Part shown: piece by piece, positions 25,572 through 36,868 of the stretch
How the letters are laid out: each line of letters starts with the position of its first letter
Numbering within the stretch: position 1 is the first letter of the stretch
Notes under the pieces: model-generated
Seen by the model: only the letters and a program-made list of their open reading frames with translations
What the model was told of the DNA's origin: nothing
Databases searched by the model: none
Assembly (NCBI RefSeq): GCF_018977255.1
Contig: NW_024704742.1
Span: 62,560,001 to 62,624,000 of the forward strand
Length of the DNA: 64,000 nt
DNA from: Callorhinchus milii
Lineage: Eukaryota
Reading direction: 5' to 3'
Translations under genes and position numbers: made by a program

Positions 25572-25890
25572 AGCCTGTATCAGTTGGTAGTGTTCTCGAC
25601 TTTGAGTTAGAAGATTGTGACCCACATTAGAACTTTGAGCTCAGGACAGACTAACATGCCACTGCGGTGCTGGGTGAATGCTGCATAGTTGAAGATGCCA
25701 TCCTTTGGATGAGACATTAACTGATTCAAGTGGACGTTAAAGATCCCATGTCACTATTCAAAAAAAGAAGCATTTCTCCTAATGTCACTTTTGTGAGATT
25801 TTGTTGAGTCCAAATTGCCTACTGTGTTTGCCTACAAATAAACTTACTTTGCAGTGAATCTTGAAATGGTTCTATAACAAATGTAGGCTT
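25572..25890 (+). mobile_element. SINE family B
   Basis: agcctgtatcagttggtag head and gttaaagatcccatgtcactattc body. Confidence 0.75.
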
Positions 25891-26354
25891 ATTAAATAGA
25901 AACCCAGTCTACACAGCCTCTCATCATTGTAAATAGGATAGTAAAATTGCGTTCTGTTCTTTATTTAAAGTATGACACATAATTCTTAACAATAGAGACC
26001 AAACCCAGAAATATTATTTGAAAAGGAGGAGGTAATCCAAAATATATTTTAACACGTTTTCTTAAAGTAAGGAATGATTTGAGGAATACAGTAATTTTGA
26101 TCCCATTGATTGTAAAAGGATGCATTGAATAATTAACAGTCTAACAACAAATGCAATCATTTGGAAATATTACAGTCGATGTTATAATAACTAACATTAT
26201 AATAGAATAGAATATCACGGCTGGGTGAAAAAGTAATTTGTTTTAAATTAACTGGTGTATTTTGGGAGGAAGATGGATTCGTGAGCCTGGTGAGAAAAAA
26301 ATAATATCTAGCTGGTTTTATAGAACTTATTTCACAATGTGATCAACCCTTAAT

Positions 26355-26885
26355 AATACTCATAATAACCCTTACTTTTGGTATAGCGACAATTACATCG
26401 GGAGGACGTCTTAAAGCACTTCACAGGATTTACTGTTAAGGTGTAATCACTGTATAATTTGTAGGCCAATTCGACAGTCAATTTGTGTGCAGTAATTTGT
26501 GCACAGTCCCACAAACAGCCGTGAACGAATGACCAATCTTATCTGGAGAGTTGTTGGCCAGGACATTAGAAGAAACTCACTTCTCATTTTGAATTGTTTC
26601 GGGGGATTTTAATGTCCACCTGAACAGGTTGGCAAGACCTCGGTTTAACATTTCTTCCAAAGAATGGAACCCCCAACAATGCAGATACTGCACTGGAATG
26701 TTTTATTTTTTTTGGGGGGGGGTCAGCCAGGTGTCTGACACATGCTGAAACCCATCACCCCACTTGATAATGTCCAACCAACTGAAAGTTCCATGCATAC
26801 ACGGGAATTCCCCAGATATTTATTTACAGGAATCAATGACTTCTGATTCAGCGGTGAGCGTGCTACCAACTGAGCCAGATTGATG
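26355..26885 (-). mobile_element. SINE family B with a nested unclassified element at 26701-26830
   Basis: Tail, core and body run to 26700; the head resumes at about 26831-26885. Confidence 0.78.
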
Positions 26886-27537
26886 CACAATGCACAGTTG
26901 TGCACAGAGATAGTACTTGAATCTGCTCAAAGTTTGCACTACATTTTTTAAAAATACATTTGAAAGTTTGCAGATGTCACAAGCTGCAATTGGGAAGTAG
27001 GTTTGCTGTTCATTCTCCCCATATCTCAAACCTTGTACCTACATGCATTTTGAGTGAAATAAGTTGTCACAACTCACTACCCTATCATTATTAAAACACT
27101 TGTACTGCACTGACATATTTACAACATTTGAAATTTAAAATGCTTTTTATCAGCACATTTATTCATCAGAGCTATTTATTGGCGCTGTATATCCCAGCTA
27201 GGTCTGACAGGTTGTTTACTATGGGGAACTGCTTCATTGGTGACAAACACACACATTACAGTAGACAAAATAGATACAACACAGATTAATACAGTGAAAC
27301 CTTTGTTACTTCTAATTCCTCAGATCAGGGCTACTGTCATGTCCAATATTCAATCTTGGGTTATAATTTGTTGGGCTTGCTGGTGACAATTTATCAATAC
27401 TGTAGTGGAAATCAGCATTCATGTGAACGTACAGCCTTATTACACTAGGGTTGATGTGCCAAATTTACACTCAAAGCAGTGTTAATACAACATTAGATTT
27501 GGAAGCCATATCTCTGGGGTGCCTCTTACTCAAATTT

Positions 27538-27790
27538 GTCAGCCCAACTCATTTGGTAGCACTCTTGCCTCTGAGCCAGAAGGCTGTGGGTTCAAACCCC
27601 ACATTGAGACTTTGAACTCATATGGTCTAGGCTGATACTCCAGTGCAGTGTTGGGGGTGTGCTGCGCTGTTGATGATGCTATCATTTGGATGAAATGTTA
27701 AATCAGGGTCTCATCTGCTTACTCAAGAGAATGTCAATATCTCATGGCACTACTTGAAAAGACAATGGTGTTCCTACCGGTGCCCTGATA
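27538..27790 (+). mobile_element. SINE family B 5' half
   Basis: gtcagcccaactcatttggtagcactcttgcctctgagccagaaggctgtgggttcaaacc, containing A and B boxes. Confidence 0.82.
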
Positions 27791-27809
27791 GATTTCCGCC
27801 ATCCACTGG

Positions 27810-28240
27810 ATTACCCTATTTGAAATTTCAGATGGCTTTTGATAAAGTTTTGCTCAGGACACATAAAAAGAAGATGTAAAGCTCTTAAAATTCATGAATT
27901 CATCATAAATAATTTAATTAGTTTAAAAAACTGACTTAGCATTGGAAAGCACATGGTACTGATAAATGAGAAACCATCCTGTCTTGTCACAGTGAATAAT
28001 GAAGCCCTGCAGAGTCCTGCTCTGCACAACTTGTTATACACCCAACTCCTAACATGAAAACATTTGCCGATGACACAACACTTCCTGGCCAGGAGAGTGA
28101 AGGAGGAGAATTAAAAAGAAATCGTGTGCGATATCAGTCAAAGGGCTAAAGAATGGAAGATACTATTTAATGGGAAAGCATCATAGGAAATTCACATTGG
28201 AAATGCTAAATGTATATATTCATTGAAAATATAAAAAGGC
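27810..28240 (+). mobile_element. Degenerate CR1 RT fragment
   Basis: FQMAFDKV and FADDT motifs can still be read. Confidence 0.6.
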
Positions 28241-28289
28241 AAGAAAGTTATGGCTATTTTTAATGATAAAAACAATCTTTACACTTAAT

Positions 28290-28707
28290 TGGTGACTTTC
28301 ACATCGAGAGAATATCTCAAATCACTTCACAGGATTTACTGTAACATATTATAACTTATATTTTTTATCAGCAAATATGGAAACCAATTTGTGCACAGCA
28401 AAGTCCCACAAGCAGCCATGAAGTGAATGAACAATTTTATTTGGGGCATTGTTGACCAGGACATCAGAAGAAACTCTCTTCTCTTATTGAGGTGTACCAT
28501 GGGATCCTTAAAGTCTAGCTGATCAGGCAGATGGGACTTTGGTTTAACGTCTCATCCCAAAAATGCCACCTCCAACCATGCAGTAATTGCACCAGCATTG
28601 TGTCAGAATGTCAGCCTGGACTATATGAGTTCAAAGTCCTGATGTCAAAAAACAAAAAAAATTCTGACTCAGAGGTGAGAATGCTACCAAACAAACCAGG
28701 CTGATAC
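28290..28707 (-). mobile_element. SINE family B, near full length
   Basis: Head, body, Deu core and tail on the minus strand. Confidence 0.82.
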
Positions 28708-28836
28708 ATGCCACTTCACGAACATTATCCAAATGGATGAATCAAACATTGTTTAAAAAGATATTAATTGTCCACTTGGGTTTTTAAAGGAATTTGACAG
28801 TAAGCAGGAACAAATTTGCGTAACCTTGTGCACAGG

Positions 28837-31800
28837 TTTGGTGGGGCAACATTTGAAACATTCTGTGGACATCTGGTCTAAGTATAAACCGATTGGTGGA
28901 TCAGGGGGACATAGGTAACAGGAGCAATGCTGTTGTCATAGGGGATACAACAGTGAGAGGTATAGACCGACGTTTCTGTAACAGAAGACGGGAGTCAAGG
29001 ATGGTATGTTGCCTCCCTGGTGCAACAGTCTTAGACATTGCAGAAAGGGTGGATACAATTCTTTAGGGGGAAGGAGAACAACCAGAAGTGGTAGTCCAAG
29101 TGGGGATCCATGATATTGGTAAAAAAAAGGCTGAGACTCCACAGGGTCAATGTCAAAAGCTGGGGAACATACGAAAGAATCGAACATCCACGATGGCGAT
29201 CTCTGGATTACTCCCTGTGCCTCGGGCAAATAAGTACCAGAATGGCAGGATCAAGCATTATGAATGCTTGGCTGGAGAAATGGTCCAGAAAAGAGGGCTT
29301 CAGGTTTCTGGATCATTGGGACCAGTTCTGGGGCAGGTGGGACCTGTAGGATATGGATGTGTTTCACCTAAATAAGGCTGGGGCGAATGTGCTTGCAGAC
29401 AGGCTATGTAATGCTGTTGGGGAAGGTTTAAACTAGTTTTGAGGGGGGAAGGGAATGCAAAAAACGGAGAGTTAGAAAATGGAGAAAAAAACAGGGGGGA
29501 AGTGCAGAACAGGTCAAGTTGGTCTTGGAGTGCATGTGCCTAAATGCACGGAGTTTAGCAAACAAGATTGGTGAGTTGCAAGCTCAAGTGGTCATAGGGG
29601 GATATGATGTAGTAGCAGTAACAGAGACTTGGCTCAAGCAAGGACAGGAATGGGAGCTGAATATTCCGTGGTTACAATGTATTCAGGAGGGAAAGGGAAG
29701 GAAAAAAAGTAGGGGGTGTGGCATTGTTAATCAGGGATACAGTTATAGCCGTGGAAAGGTGAGGTGCTGGAGGGCCCCCAAACAGAATCTATCTAGTTAG
29801 AGTTAAGGAACAAAAAAGGAGCTGTTACACTGGTAGGGGTATACTATAGACCACCAAATAGTGGGAAGGAAATAGATGAGCAGATCTGCAAGCAGATCGC
29901 AGACAGATGCAAGGCCACTAGAGTCTTGCTAATGGGGGACTTTAATTATCCCAACATAGACTGGCAAAACAACAGTGCAAAGGGCAAGGAGGGGGAAATA
30001 TTCCTAAAATGCATACAGGACAACTTTCTTGATCAGTACGTTTCCAGCCCATTACGGAAGGAAACAATACTAGATCTAGTGCTGGGGAATGAAGTAGGGC
30101 AAGTGGAGCATGTTTCAGTGGGAGAGCATCTGGGCAACAGTGATCATAACATCATTAGATTCAGAGTGCATATGGAAAGAGACAAGGAACCATCTAAGAT
30201 GAAGATATTCAACTGGAAGAGAGCAAATTTCAGTGAGTTAAAAAGGGACCTAGCCAAGATGGACTGGAAAGAAAGATTGGTAGGTAAAACAACTAAAGAG
30301 CAGTGGGAAGTCTTCAAGGATGAGACAGCTTGGGGACAGAATAAATACATTCCCACAAAAGGGAAAAGTAGGACTTCCAATCCTCCCTAGATGACAAAGG
30401 TAATTGTATCTAGAATGAAGCAGAAAAAGGAGGCGTATGACAAATGTCAAACCCAAGATACAGAAGACAACCAAACAAAATATAGGAAGTGCAGAAGAGG
30501 TTTGAAAAAGGAAATAAGAGGGACAAAAAGATCATATGAAAAAAGGTTAGCAGGTAACATTAAAGGGAATTCTAAAATATTTTACAAGCATATCAAGAAT
30601 AAAAGGCTAGTCAAAGGTAGGGTTGGGCCAATTAAGGAACAAGGGGGAAATCTTATTGTGGAGGCAGAGGGCATGGCTGATGTGCTGAATGAATACTTTG
30701 CATCTGTCTTCATAAAAGAAGTGGATCCACCAAATTCTGCAGTATCGGAGGAGAGCGAAGAGGAAATGGATAGGATAAGTATAAACAGAGGAAGTACTGA
30801 AAAGGTTGACTGGCTGAAGGTAGATAAGTCGCCTGGTCCGGACAGGATGCAACCAAGATTACTATGGGGGCACGGGTACAAATAGGGAGGCTTTGGCTAC
30901 AATTTTTCAATCTTCGTTGGACACAGGAGTGGTGCCAGAGGACTGGAGAGTGGCCAATGTGACTTCCCTGCGCAAAAAGGGACAGAAGGACAAACCTGGG
31001 AACTACAGGCCAGTCAGCCTAACATCAGTAGTGGGGAAACTTCTGGAGACGATAATCCGGGACAGAATAAATCTTCACTTAGAAGAACATGGGCTAATTA
31101 GGGACAGCCAACATGGATTTGTTAAAGGCAAATCTTGTCTAACAAATCTAATAGAATTTTTCGATGAGGTAACGGAGAGGGTGGATAAAGGTAGTGCAGT
31201 TGATGTAGTTTATATGGACTTTCAAAAGGCATTTGACAAAGTGCCACATGAAAGACTTGTAAGAAAGATAGAAGCCCATGGTATAAAAGGGACAGTGGTA
31301 GCATGGATCGAGAACTGGCTGGGAGACAGAAAGCAGAGAGTTGTGGTGAACGCCTGCTTTTCTGACTGGAGGGAAGTGTACAGTGGCGTCCCCCAGGGAT
31401 CGGTATTAGGACCACTGCTCTTCTTAATATATATATAAATGATCTGGACTCGGGTAGAACAAGCACCATTTCCAAGTTTGCGGACGACACAAAGTTAGGT
31501 AGGGTGGTAAACAGCGAGAAGGATAGCAGCCAACTGCAGGAAGACATAGACAGAATGGTAAAATGGGAAGACACATGGCAGATGAGTTTCAATGTGGAGA
31601 AATGCGAGATAATGCATTTTGGTAGAAAGAATGAGGAGAGGCAATATAGGCCGGTAATACAATCTTAAGGGGGGTAAAATAACAGAGTGACCTGGAGGTG
31701 CAGGTAAATGAATCCTTGAAGGTGGCAGGATAGGTAGATAAAGCGGTAAAAAGGGCATATGGGATACTAGGATTTATAAATAGGGCATAGAGTGCAAGAG

Positions 31801-32354
31801 TCAGGAGGTTATGATTAACCTATATAAAACACTGGTTAGGCCTCAGTTAGAATACTGTGCCCAGTTCTGGGCATCACACTATAGGTAGGAAGTTAAGGCA
31901 TTGGAAAGGGTGCAGAGAAGATTTACGAGGATGGTACCAGGAATGAGGGACCTTGATTAAGAGGAAAGGCGAGTGAGGCTGGGATTATTCTCATTGGAGC
32001 AGAGAAGGTTACGAGGAGACCTAATAGAGATCTTCAAAATCATGAGGGGATTTGATAGGTTAGAAAGGAAAAACTGTTTCCACTGGTGGGTGTGAGAGGG
32101 GAGAAGAAATTTTTTCACGCAGCGAGTTGTTCGAATCTGGAACGCATTGCCTGAAAGGGTGGTCGAGGCCGATTCGATATCAAGTTTTAAAAACGCGGTG
32201 GATGGGTATTTGAGGAGGACGGGTTTGCAGGGTTATGGGGAAAGGGCTGGGGAGTGGAACTGATATTAATTGCTCTATTCAAAGAGCCGGCACAGATTCG
32301 ATGGGCCGAATGGCCTCTTTTTGTGCTGTACAATTCTATGATTGATTCTATGAA
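28837..32354 (+). mobile_element. CR1-clade LINE, 5'-truncated within ORF1, decayed
   Basis: ORF1 SGNH/esterase remnant (VIGDTTVRGIDRRFC...VCCLPGA, VQVGIHDIG, ISGLLPVP, GFRFLDHWDQFWGRWDL). ORF2 APE endonuclease (LNARSLANK, VAVTETWL, MGDFNYPNIDW, LDLVL, GNSDHN) and RT (GNYRPVSLTS, QHGF, YMDFQKAFDKVPH, GVPQGSVLGPLLF, KFADDTK), broken by stops and frameshifts. 3' tail ttctatgattgattctatga. Candidate 9-bp TSD gtgcacagg at 28828-28836 and 32355-32363. Confidence 0.95.
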
Positions 32355-32874
32355 GTGCACAGGGGAATATATGTTCATAATGTAAACCTCCAGAAAGAAG
32401 CACTAGAACTATAGTTAGGCTGGTGTTTGGTCCACCCTAAATAAAAATACCTAAAAAAGCCACGACTATAGCAGGTGTGAGGAACACATTTTTGACATTT
32501 TTGGAACCTGGATTGGGGTCTTTGTTCTCAATATGGCTCAATTGCAGATTATCAGACCAAAAACAATTAGAAATGGTTGAGTGCTCTAGGAGCACAATGG
32601 CTCATGACTTGACAGGAGAATAGAAATGTCATGACAATGCAGACTGGTGCCTGTTGAGTGAGGGAATAGATGGATTTTTATGGTTTGAGGTAAGGTGGGC
32701 CAAGACCATGGAAGGATTTAATGGTTAGGACGAGGATCTTGAACTCGATCCTCTGGGGGATGGGATGTCAGTGGAGCCGGGAAACAATGAGAGGTGATAG
32801 GCCTGCGGAGCCTAGATTAGTTTAAACTAAAAAAAAGTACATCCAAGAAATGGAGGCCTGGTGACTCCTGGTGT

Positions 32875-33192
32875 GGAGTCCTGTAGCTCAGTAGTTAGAG
32901 CACTCGCTTTGCAAGTGAGAGACCTGAGTTCAATTCCAGGCAGAGGGCGAAACCTTGGGCAAGTTTCCTTACTCCACACGCCTAATAATAATCCCTCCAA
33001 AACCAAAAACAATAATAAAATTGGTCATTTTCAATCTACGACTGTTTGTGGGACATTGCTGTGCGCAATTGGCTGCCGCGTTCGCCCATAAATATACAGT
33101 CAATTCACTTTACAGTGTGTTCTGTGAAGCGCTTTGGGACGTCCTCTCGACGTGAAAAGCGCTATATCAAATGCAAGGATTATTATTATTAT
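32875..33192 (+). mobile_element. SINE family A (tRNA-Ala-like head, Deu core, L2-type tail), young short subfamily
   Basis: A-box tagctcagtagtt, anticodon-like ctttgcaag, B-box gagttcaattcc, Deu-like core ctgtttgtgggacattgctgtgcgcaattggctgccgcg, and an (att)n tail. Near-identical to 35624-35950 and 60605-60930. Confidence 0.92.
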
Positions 33193-33519
33193 CATCATAG
33201 GTAAATTAAACTTCTGAAAGGTTTCTATTTTTGAATTCTGGCCTCAACCATCATCAGATTCAGCTATTTATCCTACCTAGGTCAGATTAATGGTGTCTAC
33301 ATAAAATCTGTACATGGTGTGATTCATGGTGTGGGAGTGTTGAATATAGGAAGGGTAGAACAAAGTGAAACTATTTGCACACACAGGCACAATGGGCCAA
33401 ATGGCCTTCTGTGCTGACATTTTCTGTGGTTCTATTCACTTCACCAAACTAAATATTGCTCTTCAAATCTGATATGACCTTGATCATTAAGACATCTGTG
33501 GCACAGACTTATCTACCTG

Positions 33520-34042
33520 CTTTGTCCCGCACCAGGCTTCGCGAACACATCACTCCCACCCTCGCTCACCTCCACTGGCTCCCCATCCCCCAGAGGATCG
33601 AATTCAAGATCCTCATCCTCACCTACAAGGCCATTCATGGCCTTGCTCCCTCCTACCTCTCCGACCTACTATCCCCCTACCTACCTGCCTGTACCCTCCG
33701 TTCCTCTGGCTCCGGTCTGCTCCACATCCCCCGCCCCAACCGCCCTACCATCGGTGGCCGGGCCTTCAGCCTCTCAGCCCCTAGGCTCTGGAACTCCATT
33801 CCCCAGTGCCTTCGCCGCCTCCTCCCTTTCCTCCTTCAAGGCCGGTCTCAAGACCTTTCTCTTTGACCGTGCCTTCAGCTCCCCTCTCGACTCTCTACCC
33901 CCTCCTCGCTCCCTCCCTTCCCTCCCCTCACCCTGACCATTTCCCCCCAATGCTCGGGTCCTGACCCAACTGTACAGCGCATTGGGATGTCCTCCCGACG
34001 TGAAAGGCGCTCTATAAATGGAATCTTGTTGTTGTTGTTGTG
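33520..34042 (+). mobile_element. Young 5'-truncated L2 LINE with intact 3' UTR and (TTG)n tail
   Basis: HITPTLAHLHWLPIPQRIEFKILILTYKAIHGLAPSYL...GGRAFSLSAPRLWNSIP. Ends cagcgcattgggatgtcctcccgacgtgaaaggcgctctataaatggaatcttgttgttgttg. Confidence 0.93.
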
Positions 34043-35623
34043 GTAATGAAAACATACAACAATGGAATTTCAGTTAAAATGCATTCTTCCATTAATCCAT
34101 CATAAGTATAGAAGTCACTCTGCTTTGAATCCACTTGTGCTGTACACCCTATTGAATCCAGAAATTCCAGGAGATGTCTGCCTTACAAAGAGTCCTTTTG
34201 ACATGAACCAAAATGACCTTCTTTGTATCAGCCGATAGGGACATATCAGTAGGAGGCTGACTTTAGCTGTCTTGACCACAGGCAGCATCTCAACGTAAAG
34301 TTCAGTGATGAGATCATTCATATCCTATTTTTCTCTGTGTTAGAAATGGAAGATATGAGGCTTCTATTTTGGTGGATGGAACAAGTGATCCAAATAATTA
34401 AAGAATGTCATTTTCATTTCTCAGGACTTTAAAGGTGTGTGAAGGTGACAGGGATCTCTCAATGCTCTGAACCTTGTGTATATACGGAGAATACTATCAG
34501 TGGTTCCACTCTTAAATATCACTGTCTTATCGATACCTCAGCAGTAATAGACCTGGCAAACAAATCTGGGCATCAACATTCCTCTAATTGCTAAAATCAG
34601 GAGTAAACACTGCTTAGATTTATTTTAGTGAATCACCAGTGACATTTATGATATCTTGTACTATACTTCTACAATTTCAGTTCAACTTCACCCTGGTCTA
34701 GATTTACACTATTGATGTAACGTTTGCACTATTGAGCATGCAGAACCTGGAAATGCTTTAAATAACACAGCCTAAGGTTTGAAGACAGTGTCCTGTAAGA
34801 TCTTTTAAGAATGACTAGAAAACTGGCTTCAAAGTTAAAAAAGAATTTAATAGTTTGCGAAAATCTGCATTCTCTGAAACGTTACTTGAATAGAGTACAT
34901 CTAGACCCAGGTGGAATAGCTTCCCCCTTGTTTCAAACCATTTATTTAGCGTTTTAATTTTTTTCTTGATATTATTGGAAGTACTTGCAAGGAGTACAAG
35001 ACCGACAATCCAGCTCAAACATAATTGGTTGTTCACTTCATGGCTGTTTGTAGGACATTGCTGTGCACAAATTGGCTGCAGGATTCTCCCACAATTATAA
35101 AGTCACTCAACTTCACAATGGAGGGATCTTATTAGCAAATCTTATTATTAATGCCTATTGGAGAGATAATGAAGAGGAATTCTGGTGCTTGAGAGTAGAT
35201 AAATTATTATTCTAAGTACATATAAATGTGTTGTGCATTGGTATCACATTACATAACTATTCACATTAAAAGTCACATTTTTCACCATAGTGATGGATGA
35301 ATCTTTTTCATTGAAAAATGTTAGATGTTAACATGGAAGACGTTAGATATTAACATGGAACAGTTTTCCTGATCCTGTGATGAAATTGGCCAAAGGAAAT
35401 CTTGGCTTCTGCTCATGAGTAGCTTGGCATATGTGGGGATCTTATGAATCAAAGTGAATATTAAATTTATTAGTGAAGTAGCAGCATAATAATAAGATTT
35501 AATAACATTAATATGTATGAGAAGTCACAAACTCCTGGAAAGACTTTAAAAAATGTTTCTGCCGGAGTAGAAAAAGTTCAGGAATCTTATAGCGATTTCA
35601 GAGAGCAAGTGAAGTCCTGCAGA

Positions 35624-35950
35624 GGAGTCCTGCAGCTCAGTGGTTAGAGCACTCGCTTTGCAAGCGAGAGACCTGAGTTCAATTCCAGACAGGGCGAAAC
35701 CTTGGGCAAGTTTCCTTACTCCACACAGAGCCTAATAATAATCCCTCCAAAGAAAAACCCAAAACAATAATAAATTGGTCATTTTCAATCTACGACTGTT
35801 TGTGGGACATTGCTGTGCGCAATTGGCTGCCGCGTTCACCCACAAATATACAGTCAATTCACTTTACAATGTGTTCTGTGAAGCGCTTTGGGACGTCCTC
35901 CCGATGTGAAAAGCGCTATATCAAATGCAAGGATTATTATTATTATTATT
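35624..35950 (+). mobile_element. SINE family A, young short subfamily
   Basis: Full head, core and tail as in 32875-33192. Confidence 0.92.
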
Positions 35951-36494
35951 AAAGATATTATTTTAGTGAGCAGTGAGTTAGTATCAAGAAGGAATGAATT
36001 GAGGATTATCACCAGAAGAAAAATGGAAAAGTTAGAAGTCTATTTCTATCCAGAGAATACAAGCGTTTATTTCCAAGAGATCCAAAGGAGAGTTGACAGA
36101 CCGAATGGCCTTCATTTGTGAGGTAAACGTTTTATGATTTGTATGTTCAAGGTTCTTGGAAGTTCAATGAATAATCCATGGAGCTTACAACAGATGCACA
36201 GTGACGAAGGCACCAGCGTATCTACACTGTAGTGGATGTGGATCTCATAGCCGATGAAACCATCTGTACCTGAGGAGGTGTCAATGGCAAGGCTACATAA
36301 TGATTAGCAACGGTTTACTGCTCATTTGTGCCACGCCCTTGGAGGTAAATGGCCACAACTCTGACAAATCTAGAGCCACAGTAGAAAACAATAAAACACA
36401 TGAACCATCTTTCCTCCCATGGCGGGGATTACCTGTATATGGGGCATCATGCTATTCAATAGAGCAAGGGTAAAGAACGGAAAATAATCATAAT

Positions 36495-36868
36495 GACAAT
36501 AATAATAATCCTTACATTTTAATATAGCACCTTTAATTTGCATAAGATGTCTCAAACCACTTTGCAGAATTTTTACTGTAAGGTGAGGTGACAGTCGAGG
36601 CAAGTTTGGCTGCCAATTTTCCTACAACGCTGCCCCACAGGCTACAATGAAAGGAACAATCATTTTTAAGTGTAGGATTGTTGGCCAGGACACTCCTTTC
36701 TCTTTTCAAGTAGTGTCGTGTAATCCTTACCATCTACACAAACAGGAACTCTTTTCACACACACACACACAAGCACAACTGTACTGGAGTGTCAGCCTAG
36801 TTCAAAGTCTCTATGTGGGAACCCACAACCTTCTAACTCAGAGTGCTACCAACTGAGCCGGGCAGACA
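36495..36868 (-). mobile_element. SINE family B
   Basis: tgctaccaactgagcc head (read on plus), core and tail. Confidence 0.75.

Noticed and set aside
29519..32250. Endonuclease and reverse transcriptase ORFs as a novel RT system
   Set aside because: Ordinary CR1 ORF2 with stops and frameshifts.
32875..32950. tRNA-Ala(TGC)-like sequence, also at 35624, 60855-60930 and other SINE heads
   Set aside because: These are SINE heads that continue into the Deu core and tail, and there is no proper acceptor stem, so they are not tRNA genes.
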